Positions 40,811 to 55,100 of a stretch of DNA of 64,000 nucleotides are shown here, in pieces. Below the pieces are notes generated by a model. The model was not told the origin of the DNA, searched no databases, and saw nothing but the letters and a program-made list of their open reading frames with translations. Positions within the stretch are counted from its first letter, which is position 1. Each line of letters starts with the position of its first letter. The stretch comes from Octopus sinensis (Eukaryota): assembly GCF_006345805.1 (NCBI RefSeq), contig NC_043009.1, forward strand, positions 68,820,001 through 68,884,000, given 5' to 3'. A program made the translations under genes and the position numbers.

Positions 40811-43269
40811 GGGTCTCGGAGCAGCGTCCCTGCCTTCCTGAGCTTGTTTTCCGCCACTTTTCTTTAAAATAATGGTAGAGGCCTTGGTCTCGGGACCACT
40901 CATGTCTAGAAACTGAGGTTGAGGGTAAGCAAGGGCATGCGCCCTGTAGAAAATCCAGCTTCAAAAAAGCATCATGATAGCAAAGGAAAATGGGCATCTT
41001 ACCAGCCTAAAGGTTGGGGTGGGCTGCCTACCTTGGTTGCTATGGCATTGAAGTAGATCCGGCCACCCCCATTAACGGGGACAAAACCCGGATTTAAAAC
41101 ACTGATACTGATGAACATAAAGACGGAGGAAATGTTGCTAAGTATTTGGTCCACCGTGGTAACGATTTTGCTTGCTCACCACTTTAATAATAACAATAAT
41201 TTGAGAGTGTTATGGCTTTTTAAGAATAATTTCTTTGTTTCGATAAAGATGTGAAATGAGGAGATTAATTACATGGATGGAATAGAAAATGTCTTGTGGG
41301 GAACTTAACACTGGGATTGAAATGAATGAAGGGTGACAGTGTACATGATATACAAATACGTGATAGCAGACAACCTAAGGCCAGTTAAGGAAGCCTGATC
41401 TAGGGTTACCCTGCTTACCAGGAGTAAACACTCCCTTCCAGCTGTAGTCACCAGGCTGCTGACATGATTGGAGTCAACCCATTCACTTAATTATGCTATT
41501 GTCTCTTTCAATTGTTTTCTATCTTTGGTTAAACATATTCTATCAATGTAAGGCTACTCTCAAATACAAAACATATTATAATGTATATTTCGTACCTCTC
41601 CCCTTCTTCTCCTTCATTCTCTCTCTCTCTCTTTCCCTCTGTGTCTACACAAACACTCACACAGGTGCTTCTGTTAAACGAACAATTTTTAGTTTCCTAC
41701 ACAAATTCCGAGAATTGTTCTTTTTTTTATGATGTCTGTTCGATTGAACCAATGTGTTTTCCATTTGTTTTTGTTTTTTGAGTGTGTGGGTGAGATCTCT
41801 TTCTCCAACCTCCACTCATCCTTGTGTCTGTGACAGAGGCCGGAAAGCACTCGGCTAAAGACATAATGATATATTGTTTAATCTCACTGCTGATATTAAC
41901 TCTGTCTTTATCCCTTTGAAGTAGACGAAAAAAAAAGAAAAATACAACTGCAGCACTGACTTCATAAACATTCTCTGCAGACACTATTTCCTCAAAATCT
42001 ATAACCTTCTGCAACAATTATTAAGGCAGCAAACTGGCAGAAGAGGGTCAGCATGCCAGACGAAATGCTTAGCTGTGCTTCGTCCATCCTTACATTCACA
42101 GTTCAAGTTCCGCTGAGGCCAGCTTTGCTTTTCATCCTTTCAGTGTCTATAAAAATAAGTACCAGTTATGCACTGGGGTTGATGTAATCATCTTAGCTCC
42201 TCCTGTGTGAGTGTATATAAATATTGCACCTCTCTGCCAAGTCAGTGTGGCAGAGCGGGCTCATCAAACCAATATGATCTTGAGCTCAGATTCTCATCCT
42301 GCACATCAAGACCATGGTTGGTGGAGAGAACATGCCAACTCCTTCGTCCTGCAATGGACTGAACATGGGCAATCCACCCTTAATCCAATTCATAGCAGTT
42401 ATTATGTTAGAAATAATTATTATTAAGGATGGGGGATTAGCAAAATTGAATATTGGAAAAAAAAAATGCTATGCAATGTTTCTTGTGGTTCTTTACATTC
42501 TGGGTTCAAATCCCACCTGGTCAACGTTGTTTTTCATCCTTCCTTGGTCAATAAAATAAGTACCAGTCAAATACTGTGGTCCATGATATTAACACTCTCC
42601 TCCTAATTTCAGGCATTGTACCTATATGCCAGAAACGTTTTTTGTTAATGTTTGCATGTAAGTTTTTTCAAGAGCACCAGGTACTTCCCCATTATTCTGG
42701 TGGGACATTGGGTGGGGGTGGGGCGTTTTCCTTGTCTTTGGAAGTGTAGAATTATATTTGAATGTTATACTTGGTTTTGTGGTGAATAATGTGTATAATG
42801 TTCAATGATGAGTTGTGTTTTAGTGAGTTAGTTGTTTCTTGGTGTCAGTCAAGGGTTGTGTGGAATATATGTTGTGTTGGGTTTCCCCACCTGTGCATGT
42901 GAAGACTGGATTTGGTTGACTCCGGAGAAGAAACCTTTTTGGCTCAACAGAGAGGAACGTAGCTGCACCAATGCATTTTGGAGTGAAGAGAGCAAAAGGC
43001 AAGCAGGACATCATGGCAATCCATATTCATCCGCGTTTGTCATGACTTGGTCCTACAAGTGAGAGCATGGGGTTGACAGTGTGCAGCACTTCCTCGCTTT
43101 CAAAGAAAGTCATTTCACAAGTCATCAGTCATCCTTAACGATGACTAAATGGTCGTCATCGTTGCCTTGTTGGGCGGTAGTTATATAGAATGCAAATTGT
43201 CTGAATTGTTGGTAGTAAGGTCAGTTGTCGACGATTATGTCAGCTTTACTGGCTTCTGTTTATTATGAT

Positions 43270-43520
43270 GACACTCTGTCGGTTACGATGCCAAGGTTTC
43301 AACAGAAATGTCTGCTTGTGAAATTAACATGCAAGTGGCTGAGCACTCCACAGACAGACATACCTTTAACATAGTGCTCTGGGGTAGTCAGCATGACACA
43401 GCTTATTTTTGCCAGCTGAGTGGACTGAAGCAGTGTGAAATAAACTGTCTTGCTCAAGAACACAATGCACTGCCAGGAATTGAACTCAGAACCTTCTGAT
43501 CGTGAGCTGAACACCTTAAC
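43270..43520 (-). mobile_element. SINE family D, CpG-decayed
   Basis: Aligns by eye to 10490-10810 with CG>TG/CA changes. Confidence 0.7.
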
Positions 43521-43680
43521 TGTGCTGGTTATGGATTGTGTAGAGCATGTGCTGAGTGGGGATGTTGTCTTGTATTTGACAATGTTTGCATATGGTTATG
43601 GCATATATGTTATGCATAGAGTGTATTCTCTGAGCTGTGGCATAGCATACGGGCTGTGCCTAGCCTAATGCTTCAGCTAT

Positions 43681-44273
43681 TACCTCCGCCTTAGCGAAGG
43701 CAGAGGTATTGTTTTCAGTCATGTTTGTTTGTTTGTTTATCTGGACAAGATATCTCAAGAACTGCTGAATGGATTCGGATGTAACTTTCAGGGATGTTTG
43801 GCCTTGTGACTGGTACAAACTGATTAGATTTTGGGATTGATCTGGTACCAGACAAGGATTCCGGATTATTTGTTATATTTACTTTACATGATTACGTTCT
43901 TACTTTCACTTTCGAGTTTTTCTCAATTATTTCTCTTCAGGCTCTGACTATTTTGAATGGTGAATTTGTTAACTTTGGCTTGTATTAGATAAGGATAAAC
44001 TATTATTACTGTTACTAAATTTCCTACAGCCACCTTCACATTCCATGACAACCATTGGGATCGATCAGGTACCGAAAAAGGATTCTGGATTATTTTTCCG
44101 GTTTTTTTTTGCTTAATTTTTGAGAGTGGTTGGGTTCATTTTTAGTATTCTCATTTGTGAGAGCAGTTGAGTTTATTTCAGACATTCTCATTTTAAAAAT
44201 CATCACTGGCTAATCATTGAGAGGACGTTGGTGTTGCCTTGGCAGAGATTTGCACTCTCTGAGTGCTCTTGTT
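43681..44273 (+). mobile_element. Helentron-associated (HINE/DINE-1-like) non-autonomous element
   Basis: 5' self-complementary tacctccgcctt-agcg-aaggcagaggta, 3' sub-TIR ggcagaga, terminal hairpin gcactc-tct-gagtgc, ends at TT. Shorter sibling at 61097-61432. Confidence 0.6.
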
Positions 44274-45179
44274 AGATCTGTTGTGAGTTCTAGGACCACA
44301 AGGCCCAGAGTTTAACCCAGTTTCTATGGTGTGTTAGTAGCTGAGATGAGAACACCCTTCTCCTGGATAGGATGCTAGTCAGTTACAGGGTTAACTTCCC
44401 ACCTATTACTGGAACTCATTTACAGCTGGGTTAACTGGTGTGACATGAAGTGAAGTGTTTTGCTGCAGAACACACTGCACCACCTAGATCAAGAATCAAA
44501 CCCACACTCTTACAGCCACGAGTGCAGCACCCTAACCACTAAGCCATATACCTTCAGGGTACATGTTTATACAACTTATAATCCATTTCCATGACAATCT
44601 CTCAGTATATTATGCAGTTCACATATCTACTAGCCAATTATGTTTGTGGCCATTCTCAGACCTGGCAGAAATTGTGTGGTCAACTGTATCATTGCAGAAT
44701 CTGTACTTAATGTTATCATATTTTTTTTTGTAGTTATTTGTGACTAAAATCAGAACTGTCGCTTCTGTTTCGGTTTTTGGAGTCATTCTTGCCTTTCACC
44801 TGTTGTCTTTCCTCTCTCTTGTGTTTTACTGACCATTTGGTCATCTCTCCAAATTTTTGTACAAAATCGCATTTTGTCTTTTGGTTTTTTGGGTTTTTGT
44901 TTTAACTTTTGCAGTTATTTTGATTTAATCTAAATCATTTTCTTCAGTATAGTTTCTAGTTTGTATTTTATTTCCTTAAACACAAACGAAAGGTTTCTGC
45001 TTTCTTTGTTTCCCTATTACACTAATCCCTCTCCTGCTTGCTTTTAGATAATCTCTAATTCTGTTGTTGTTACTTTGTCTCTTTCTATAAGTCTCACCTG
45101 TGTGCAGGTAAATATAGTTAGTCCACATTTCTCCATAAGGAGCACAGCCACTTCGTACTAGGGGAGGCAGTCTTGGGGG

Positions 45180-45490
45180 CTGCCTCTTTGTTTTCGCTTC
45201 ATCCTCCATGCATCTTTTCCAGGTCTTCCCAGGCTGCCCAACTTCCCTCTTGCCTTCAGATTGCCAGTCTTACACTTGTCTTGCAATACTGTTTGGAGGT
45301 CTCCCCAGACTGTCACTCATCCGACTCCCTTTTCAGAATTTCTTGATTCATGCCAGTTTGGTTTGTTCTGCCCCACAGACTTCTCTTTGAAATTCTCTTT
45401 TATATCTGCTCCTTGCAGCCAGGCATCCCTTTCAGGCATTCGTTCTCCTCTTTTAGTTCTATGCTATTGCTTTCATAAAGAGTAACCAAA
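45180..45490 (-). mobile_element. Decayed RTE LINE 3' fragment
   Basis: ISKRSLWGRTNQ...QEILKR / RPPNSIARQV*DWQSEGKREVGQPGKTWKR matches RTE C-termini. Confidence 0.7.
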
Positions 45491-46127
45491 CTGTTGTAGA
45501 GTAAAGTGCAAGAGTTTTGTAGCTTGTTGGCAAGCATGCTATGGGCCTTCAGTTTTGTGGGTCCCCACTGTTTTCATTTCGAAGGAATTGGTATTGTTTT
45601 CCTTTCCGGTATTGACCCTGGGCTGCTTACCATTTTACTGAAAGTTGCTGTTGAAGATTCATGAGTTCTAAGTTGAGTGCTTCAACCAAAAATTGAGACC
45701 ATCTTTTTCCAGTTATTTGCAATTCTTTGTGTATTTCTAAGTTTCTTGCCAGTTATTGATGGGTCGTGTGAATCTCCTGACTTCAGTTTAATCCTCGACA
45801 TCATTCCTTTAAATTTGTGACTGACCTGATACGAATGTAAGAAGTTTTTTTTTTTACATAGAATTCAGAGCACTGATCAAGATGTTTTCAGTATTTAGTT
45901 AAAAGCCTTCATGTTCTGAGTTCAAATCCTATCAGTTATCATGCTATTTTCTATCCTCTGGGAGGGCTAATTAAGTAATTACCAGTCATGTAGGATAATC
46001 AATGTAAGTGAGGATCCTTTTGAGTGTCTTTTGTATAGAATGTCGCATCAAATGGAAATTGTAGTTGTAATCGTGGGGTGACATGCCTTGCCTGAGGAGA
46101 CCTATTGAGTCATGTACATCAAAATCA

Positions 46128-46468
46128 AATGGAAATTGTAGTTGTGATCCCCGTGCTGGTGGCACGTAAACAGCACCATCCAAACGTGACCGATGCCAGC
46201 GCCACTTTGACTGGCTTCCATGCCAGTGGCACGGAAAATGCACCAACTGATCGTGGTATCTTGCCAGCCCCCTCTGGCCCCTGTGCTGGTGGCACGTAAA
46301 AAGCACCCGCTACACTCACGGAGCGGTTGGCATTAGGAAGGGCATCCAGCTGTAGCAACCTTGCCAGATCAGACTGGAGCCTGGTGCAGCCTCCTGGCTT
46401 CCCAGACCCTGGTCGAACCGTCCAACCCATGCCAGCATGGAAAACAGACGTTAAACGATGATGATGAT
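46128..46468 (+). mobile_element. SINE family C ((GAT)n-tailed) with internal ggtggcacgtaaa subrepeats
   Basis: ggaagggcatccagctgtag...caacccatgccagcatggaaaacagacgttaaacgatgatgat 3' end. Confidence 0.75.
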
Positions 46469-47214
46469 GTGTGTGGGATGTGCAGTGAAGAGCAACAGAA
46501 ATTGCCAGAGTACAATTTGCTTAGTCTGGTCTGTGTGTGTGTGTGTGTGTGCATGTGTGGATTTGCTTGGTTTTATAGGAGTTCCATTGAGCTACATTTA
46601 CGAATAAAATGGTGATTCTTGTGGGAGGAATATATGTCATTACCATCATCATCTTGTATGCGGCTGTGAGGAGGGTAAGAGAGTGGAGCAGGGGAGGGGG
46701 AAAGTAATTTATGTGGTGAGAATTGATGAGAACAAAGTAATAAATTCAGTGGCAGTCGGTAATGAGAACAGAATTAGGTCATGCCAGAACATTTGCAGTG
46801 ATGACAATTTGAAAATAATATAAGCAACACTATCTTTTTTCTTTTTTTTTTTCTTTTTACCAGGCTGAGTCTGTTTCTCCTTTTAAGAGGTCTTTATTAT
46901 GGTTAGATGCTCAGCATAACTTCATCCACCACCAGTTGAGAAGCAAATGGTATAAGTTACCCTGTATAAAATACTACAGCACACTGTCTGTTTGAGGATT
47001 TAAACATGTAATCGTAATTAGAGGTGGTGGGTGGGGAATGTCTTCTTAAGCAATTGACTTGCTAGAAATAGCAGTCAGATTGCTTTTAAATCTCTCCCAT
47101 TTTGTCTTACAAAGAACACAATAGATAATGTAGACCTTTGGAGACTGTATAAGTTTGCCCAGACAGGGCCAACCTGGAGCCAAGCAACAAATTAGAAGGG
47201 ATTGTGAGTTGTGT

Positions 47215-48651
47215 CTTTGTGGTACCAGTGCCGGTGGCACACAAGAGAAAACCATCCGAAAGTGGCCGTAGCCAGTACCGCATCGACTGGCCTCCGTGCT
47301 GTGGGCACATGACAAACACCATCCGATCGTGGCCGTTCGCCAGCCTCATCTGGCACCTGTGTCGGTGGCACATAAAAACACCATCCGAAGACCCGGCAAG
47401 ACTAGTCAGGCCATAACCCATGGCCCCTACCTGGGACGTAGTCAGTCCACCTGTGCATACCTTCCTTCTTGTGACACTTGTGAAGACCTGTTGAGGCAAG
47501 TGAAAATCAAAATCAAAACAAATCAAAATAGATGAACATCAATGGAATCTGTATCTTTGTGGTACCAGTGCCGGTGGCACACACTTTGTGGTACCAGTGC
47601 CGATGGCACACAAGAGAACCATCCGAACGTGGCCGTAGCCAGTTCCGCATCGACCGGCCTCCGTGCTGTGGGCACGTAACAAACACCATCCGATCATGGC
47701 CGTTCGCCAGCCTCATCTGGCACCTGTGTCAGTGGCACATAAAAACACCTTCCGAAGACCCGGCAAGACTAGTCAGTCCACCTGTGCATACCTTCCTTCT
47801 TGTGACACTTGTGAAGACCGGTTGAGGCAAGTGAAAATCAAATCAAATCAAATCAAAATAGACAAAATAGATGAACATCAATGGAATTTGTATCTTGTGG
47901 TACCAGTGCCTGTGGCACACAAGAAATCCATCAGTGCGGTGGGCACATGACAAACACCATCCGATCGTGGCCGTTCGCCAGCCTCATCTAGCACCTGTGT
48001 CGGTGGCACATAAAAACACCATCCGAAGACCCGGCAAGACTAGTCAGGCCATAACCCATGGCCCCTACCTGGGACGTAGTCAGTCCACCTGTGCATACCT
48101 TCCTTCTTGTGACACTTGTGAAGACCTGTTGAGGCAAGTGAAAATCAAATCAAAACAAATCAAAATAGATGAACATCAATGGAATTTGTATCTTTGTGGT
48201 GCCAGTGCCGGTGGCACGTGGCACACAAGGGGGCCGTCCGAACGTGGCCGTAGCCGGTGCCGCATCGACTGGCCTCCGTGCTGTGGGCACGTAGCAAGCA
48301 CCATCCGATCGTGGCCGTTTGCCAGCCTCATCTGGCACCTGTGTCGGTGGCACATAAAAACACCATCCGAGCGTGGCCGTCTGCCAGCCTCGTCTGGCAC
48401 CTGTGTCGGTGGCACATAAAAAACACCATCCGAGCGTGGCCGTTTGCCAGCCTCGTCTGGCACCTGTGTCGGTGGCACATAAAATCACCCACTACACTCT
48501 CGGAGTGGTTGGCGTTAGGAAGGGCATCCAGCTGTAGAAACACTGCCAGATCTGACTGGACTGGTGCAGCTTTCGGGCTCCCCAGACCCCAGTTGAACCG
48601 TCCAACCCATGCTAGCATGGAAAGCGGACGTTAAATGATGATGATGATGAT
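47215..48651 (+). repeat. Hierarchical tandem array derived from SINE family C
   Basis: Units start at 47215, 47555, 47894 and 48192 (340, 339, 298 bp), then three ~62-bp subunits from 48299, then one family C 3' end with a (GAT)n tail. Confidence 0.9.
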
Positions 48652-48969
48652 ATACACCCAGTACACACTGAAAAGCTGTCAGAAGGGCATTTAGCCATAG
48701 AAATCATGCTAATGCTGATATGGGGCACAGTGCCACCCTGTGACTCATCAGACCCTATCAGCATGGAAAACGACAATAACAGCAAATGATTTATGAATTT
48801 GTATGAATATTGTGGATTAACAGATTGGAACAATTTTGTGGTTTTAATCAGTATTAATTGTTGTTGAAGCTGTTTGTAGCCGTATTTGTCTGGTGGTTAA
48901 TTGTATGTGTGTATATATGCATATGTCGCAGCCTTTATTTGTCAGTTGGTCTGAGTTAATTATCTGCCA

Positions 48970-49255
48970 CTCTGTCAATTACAACAACGAGGATTCCTGT
49001 TGATCTGATCAGCGGAAGAGCCTGCTCATGAATCCAACATGCAAGTGGCTGAGCGTTCCACAGATGGATCATAGTCTTAACGTGGTTCTCAGGGAGATTC
49101 TGCATGACAGGGAATGTGGCCGTACTGGCCCATGAAATTACAGGTACTACTCATTTTTGCCAGCTGAGTAAACTGAGCAATGCGAAATAATGTGCTTCCT
49201 GGAATCAAACTCCCAGCCATGAGTCGAATGCCCGTAATACTAAATCACATGCCTT
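48970..49255 (-). mobile_element. SINE family D, CpG-decayed
   Basis: Shared caagtggctgagc...caggtact...tttttgccagctgagt blocks. Confidence 0.65.
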
Positions 49256-49581
49256 CACTGGATTATCTGTAGAGATCAGACTCATACTAGTTGCAAAAAA
49301 ATAGAGGCAGAAATGGATTATGGAATTTGTCGCATGTCAAAGTATTTTTTTGTTATGGAACAGCAGAGTGAAAATAGTATATCGTACTTCAAATTGTCGA
49401 AATAAGTGTGAAATATTTATTAAAAAGTAATATAACAATACAGATTGTTAGAGAACCTACTTTGAATTTGTCAGCAGATGCAATGTTCATTGTGCATATG
49501 CATGCACACATATCCATTAATACATATATAGTTTCTTGTGTACCGTTGGTTAGGTAAACCCTGTAGTCGTTATGATTCTAA

Positions 49582-49795
49582 TCATCATCATCATTTAACA
49601 TCCGCTTTCCATTGCTGGCATGGGTTGGACAGTTTGGCTGAGGACTGGTGAGCCAGAAGGCTGCACCAGGCTTCAATCTGATCTGGCAATGTTTTTACAG
49701 CTTGATGCCCTTTCTAATGCCAACCACTCCGAGAGTGTAATGGATGCCATTGGCATGAGGGCCAGTCAGGTGGCACTGGCAACGACCAGAACCGA
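49582..49795 (-). mobile_element. SINE family C, antisense
   Basis: catcatcatcatttaacatccgctttcc...gatgccctttctaatgccaaccactccgagagtgta. Confidence 0.8.
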
Positions 49796-50084
49796 ATAGT
49801 GTGTTGACAATCAGTTCTGATGGTCATCTTGATATGAAGAAGCAACTAATAAATAACATGGATGATAATTCTTTATCTGAAAACCTCCTAAATCGAAAAT
49901 TTCTTAAGTGGGGAAAAACGCCACAAAGGGAAAATTCTAGAAAGCACTTGGAATTTTATTTCATAAATTTTTTCTTTTTAAATAATTTCTCCTCATTTCA
50001 TCTTATCCTTGTTGAGGTTATTGGACTGCAATCATGCTGGTTTTTACTGAAATTGTCCTCATTTATTTATAGATTTGTTTATAA

Positions 50085-50584
50085 AGTCTTGTACTTGTGC
50101 TGTTGGTCTCTTTTGCCAAACCACTAAGTTATGGGGATGTAAACAAACCAATGCCAGTCGTCAAACAGTAGGAGGGAACACACAAATGCATGTGTGTATA
50201 TATATATTCGTTTATTTGTTTCAGTCATTTGACTGTGGCCATGCTGGAGTACCGCCTTTGGTCAAACAAATCAACCCCAGGACTTATTCTTTGTAAGCCT
50301 AGTACTAATTCTATTGGTCTCTTTTGCTGAACCACTAGATTACGAGGTTGTAAACACACCAACATCAGTTGTCAAGCGATGGTGGGGAGGGGGGACAAAC
50401 AGACACACAAACATATATACATATATACAACGAGCTTCTTCCAGTTTCCATCTACCAAATCCACTCACAAGGCTTTGGTCAGCCCGAGGCTATAGTAGAA
50501 GACGCCCAAAATGCCATGTAGTGGGACTGATCCCGGAACTATGTGGCTGGTAAGCAAGCTTCTTACCACACAGCCACGCCTACA

Positions 50585-50633
<49 letters not shown>

Positions 50634-50990
50634 GTATGTATTCCACAGTGTCTATCAAATTCATTCACAGAGTATTGGCTAGCCTAGGGCTATAGTAGAA
50701 GAGACTTGCCCAAGTTGCCATGCAGTGGGACTGAACCTGGAACCTTGTGGTTTGCAAAACTATTGGGCTCGTTTTCCAAACCAACACTGGTTGTCAAGCA
50801 GTGGTGGGGACAAACACATATATACACAACAGGCTTCTTTCAATTTCTGTCTATGAAATTCACTCACAAGGCTTTGGTCAGCTCAAGGTTATAGTAGAAG
50901 ACACTTGCCCAAGGTGCCACACAGTGGGACTGAACCTGGAACCATATGGTTGGGAAGCCGTCTTCATACTACCCAGCCATGCCTATTGGG
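50085..50990 (-). mobile_element. Cluster of nested/partial SINE family B copies
   Basis: Repeated ccactcacaaggctttggtc...tagtagaagacacttgcccaag...gtgggactgaacc blocks. Confidence 0.8.
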
Positions 50991-52108
50991 AATGATTTTT
51001 AAAAATTGTAGTCCATTTTAGATGGGCAAGAAGCTGAAAAGTTGGAAGTGAAGTGGTTGTGTTCTTGAAGGTTTGACAATCTAAAGTGAAAGTGTAATTA
51101 ATTAAAAGCAATATTTATTAAGAAAGTGCGACTTATATATTGTGCAAAAGTGAAGTAGCACCAAATTTATAAAAGCCTACATTCGTGATTTTTAAGTTGT
51201 ATTTTGGAATGTAAATGGAATAAATGTTTAACCATTTTGCAGTCAGAACAATCTGTCAAATGTAATTTAATTCCTATTTATTCACATTATTTCGTATTAA
51301 TCATGCACTATCTCAGCTTTGAGATATTTCAATGATGTGAATGTTTATTTTTAGAATGACATTGTAGGGTAGTTTGAACATAAAATAGATAGAATATTTG
51401 GGGTGGTTTTGGCTTGTTTAAATGCTAAAGGTTTAGACTTGGGTTTTATCCTCAAGCTACTTGCTTTTTGGAGATGCAGATGTACAATCTTTCTGGAATG
51501 TAAGTCAGTTCCAGTTCCAAATATTTCAAATAAAGGAATACCCACTCTACTATGTAACTACATAAGGGGAAAATCTCTACTGCTGTAGATTGGTGTGTGT
51601 GTGTGTGTAAATGAATATCTGGTGGTTGAGAAGTTTGCTTCACAATCAGATCCCAGGTTCAGTTCTTCTGCGTGGCACCTTGAGTAGCTTTTACCAAAGC
51701 CCAGTTACTCCCAATCCTTTTGAGTGAATTTGTGAATTTCCTGTAATACAAAGGCCCAGCTTTGTGGCGTTCATTTTGAATAATGGTTACACTAAGGTTA
51801 CAAATGACTATGGAATAATCAACCGCTCTTTATTATTGTGGTTCAATTAGTTGACCATTCGGTTGATTGAACAAATTGGATTTTGTGTGTCAGTGAGAAA
51901 TTTTTTACTTATAATTATGCAATTAGGCTCTTTTTTATTATTATTTTTTCTTATTTCTCCATTTGGAGCTGTAAAATTCCCAAATTCTTGGTTGTCAACA
52001 TTCATAGTCTTCTGCAAGAGTTGTTGATGTCGGTATGTTGTACTATTACCATTTTATAGTAGGCTTGTTGTGTTTGTAAGACAACAGATATATCTATATA
52101 TACACATT

Positions 52109-52145
<37 letters not shown>

Positions 52146-55100
52146 GGTCTACGTGCATCAATTTATGGAAATATTTTGTATAATAGCAGTATTTTGAAGA
52201 ACCCACTCAAGATGTAATAAGTGCATACTTTCCCCCCACTTAATGACGCCACTCCTCCGTTTCTCTTCTATTTCAGCATGTCATTTGCTCTTTGACAAAT
52301 CTTCTTGCCACTTAATCCTTATAATTACCAAACTGCCTGATACTGCTCTTCGTCCTGTGTTAGTAACCCTAACCTCAATCATCCTAGCTAAAGTGTTCCT
52401 CTTTTTAACCCTTTCAGGCCCATAACTTTTTATGAAATACTGTTTTGTGTGTGTTTCCTGTTTTCTTGAAACAATTTATGAATGTGAAGGAATTGTGTAA
52501 CATAAATTTTATACAAATTTTAGTTTGCATTTCAAACAAAAAACAATAAAAGATTCTTATGTAGAATTGTTAGAAAGTGAGAATTTTAACATGTACACTT
52601 CAAGGCTTTAGAAAAGGGCAGTTTTCTACAATAAAAAAAGAAGGGGTTTTAGGTGTGGTGATAACAAAACTGTTAAATAAAATTCATTTTAAAAAATGTT
52701 ACTTCATGATATTGGTAAATTCCGGATGATAAGATTCTAGTATTGTCTTTTATATATGAGTCTTTTGTTATTTTTATATACATAAACATTGAATCACAAT
52801 TTAATTATAAGGAACAAAGAAAAGAAAAAAATTAAGGTGTTGGGGATTAAGCAGTAGAAGATGGAGTGGGGGATACACCCCACAACAAATGGCATGTTCA
52901 GGTATACCCTGAATCAGACATGATTATGATGGCGTTACTACATGGTCAGCAACACTCACTGGGTAGCAGTAACCCCTCCTTGTAGGGCTCGTTTCTCAGA
53001 CAGGCCACAGTTATCCCAATTTTGCCAAGGAAATTGGCACTGAAGGGTCCAAGAATACTTGATGTCTTAAAAACAACCAGCATAAACTGATAGCAGCTGT
53101 TCAGGCTTCTAGATTCATTTTGTTTGTTAATTTGTATGTAAAAATTAATAATCCAGCATAATTATTGAAGTTTTGGGTTTTTTTTTTAATGTATTGAAAC
53201 AAAAAGGCAGGTAAAAACTGCTTAAATTCCTGGTTTAACACTGACACCCAGAATTTTGGGTGCCGAGCAGAGTATGCTCTGCTCTGATGTTTTACTCTCT
53301 CGCCTTCATCTTTTTAGTATAATGCCATTGTTTATTGGTAATTACGAGTGAAAGTGGTGCTCTTGTAGAGGCTTACTGTCACATGACACAGGGGTCTCAA
53401 AAACCTGCTCTATTTGCTGGCAAAGCCATTTAACCCTTTTGTTACCATATTTATTTTGAGATGCTCTGTGTTTCTTGCAATTATTTTAAATATAACAAAG
53501 AATTTAGTAAAATAACTTTGTTATCATTAAGCTAGTGTTAGGAACATAAATTGTGACTAAGGTTGGGTGGAAGATTTTGATTCAAAACTTGCGATAACGA
53601 CATTTGTACTACAGAGCCAGAGCTGGTTTCAACTGGATTAAAGTTATTTATGGGTCATTTACGCTGATTAGAATAGTTAGCAACAAGATGTAACAAATAA
53701 TTTCTTCCTCATCCATCCTGCAAAGGTCACAAATTCTGCCCATCCTCTGATGACAAAACCAGAAAAGAATTTGTTTTGTTAAAATGAAAGTCTATTCCTG
53801 TCAGAAGAAATAGGGTTTACAAAAGTGTTAATTAACTTTTCTATATAGGCTCCAGTTTTCAAAATTGTCATTGGAACACCAGATAGAATGCTTTGCTGTT
53901 TGTGTTTCTTGCTTTCCGACACTCAAGTTCAAATCCTGTCACGGTTTGCTTTGACTTTCACCAATAAGTATAGTAGTAATTCTGTACCGGATTCTGTACC
54001 ACTTCCTCTCTCTCCTCCCTTTTCTCCTCTTCCTTCTATTCTTACTTCAAGAGTCTAGGTTTGTCACATTAAGCCATGTTGAGCTGACCTGAGAATTGTG
54101 TTAAGAGTCCATATTCCTGTAGAATACTTGGCCACTCCTATCTTAATTTCTTGAGTAGGAATTGAATTGATCAAGCGACTGAATGTTCATCTTTGAGACC
54201 CGTGGAAAATCCACATTCATCATCATCGTCACCATCATTATTTGTCCACTTTCCAGGCTGGATTGGACAAGTTCATCTTGTTCAGAGTTACTGTCCTCTC
54301 CCTGACAAGTTGAAGGACCAAGTTTCTCTCTCGTAAATTTCATTTTGAGTTTGGTTTCTCCCACTGGATGGCCTTCCTAACACCACACCCTTTGTAGGGT
54401 ATACTGGGTACATTTCATTGTTGCCCCAGCACTAGAGAAGGTATCATGTCCTCTGACAACACTGAAGGGTCCACTTGACCCTCTGTTGTCTCAGCTTCAT
54501 GGCTTATCACTTTATATGAGGTACTGGATGTGTTTTATTGTGGCACCAGCATTGGTGGGATTGCCACTTCACTGTAAGCCCTGATTATATTGTGTTATAT
54601 CTTAAAGTATGAAACATGACAGGGTTTATAAAAGTTATAAAATCATATTTGTTTTTTATTAAAATGAATCCCATTCACAAAGCAGTGTGTCTGAACTTAA
54701 CTGTGACTTTGTCAAAGTGTTACCCTTGTGCATTTGAAATGCCTGAGCAGAGATTAATGGAGTATGGCTTTGCTCTCAGTTTGCAGAAGTTTTATGAACC
54801 GTTACCGTAATACGAGTGGCAAACCATGTTGAATAAACATCACAGCATCATATCACTTGTTTAACATGACTCATATCAAATTTTAAGTCTGTCTCATCTT
54901 ATTATATTGGAAGGGACTGAATCATATTCAGTTCTGTCTATCAGTTACTTTCATGTTTCTTATCTCCCATTCTCTCCACGTCTTTTCTGTTCACATAGTC
55001 TTACATTTCAAGTGTACAAAGGAATGAAATATTTGTTTTGCTGATTAAAAGAAAATCAGTTTTTACTTTCCTCTCCCCCTCTCTCCCTTACAAAAATACA

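Noticed and set aside
47046-48634. Array as a CRISPR locus or repetitive protein gene
   Set aside because: Units are 60-340-bp SINE-derived repeats with no unique spacers and no cas genes, in a eukaryotic context. The overlapping ORFs on both strands are by-products of the GC-rich repeat.
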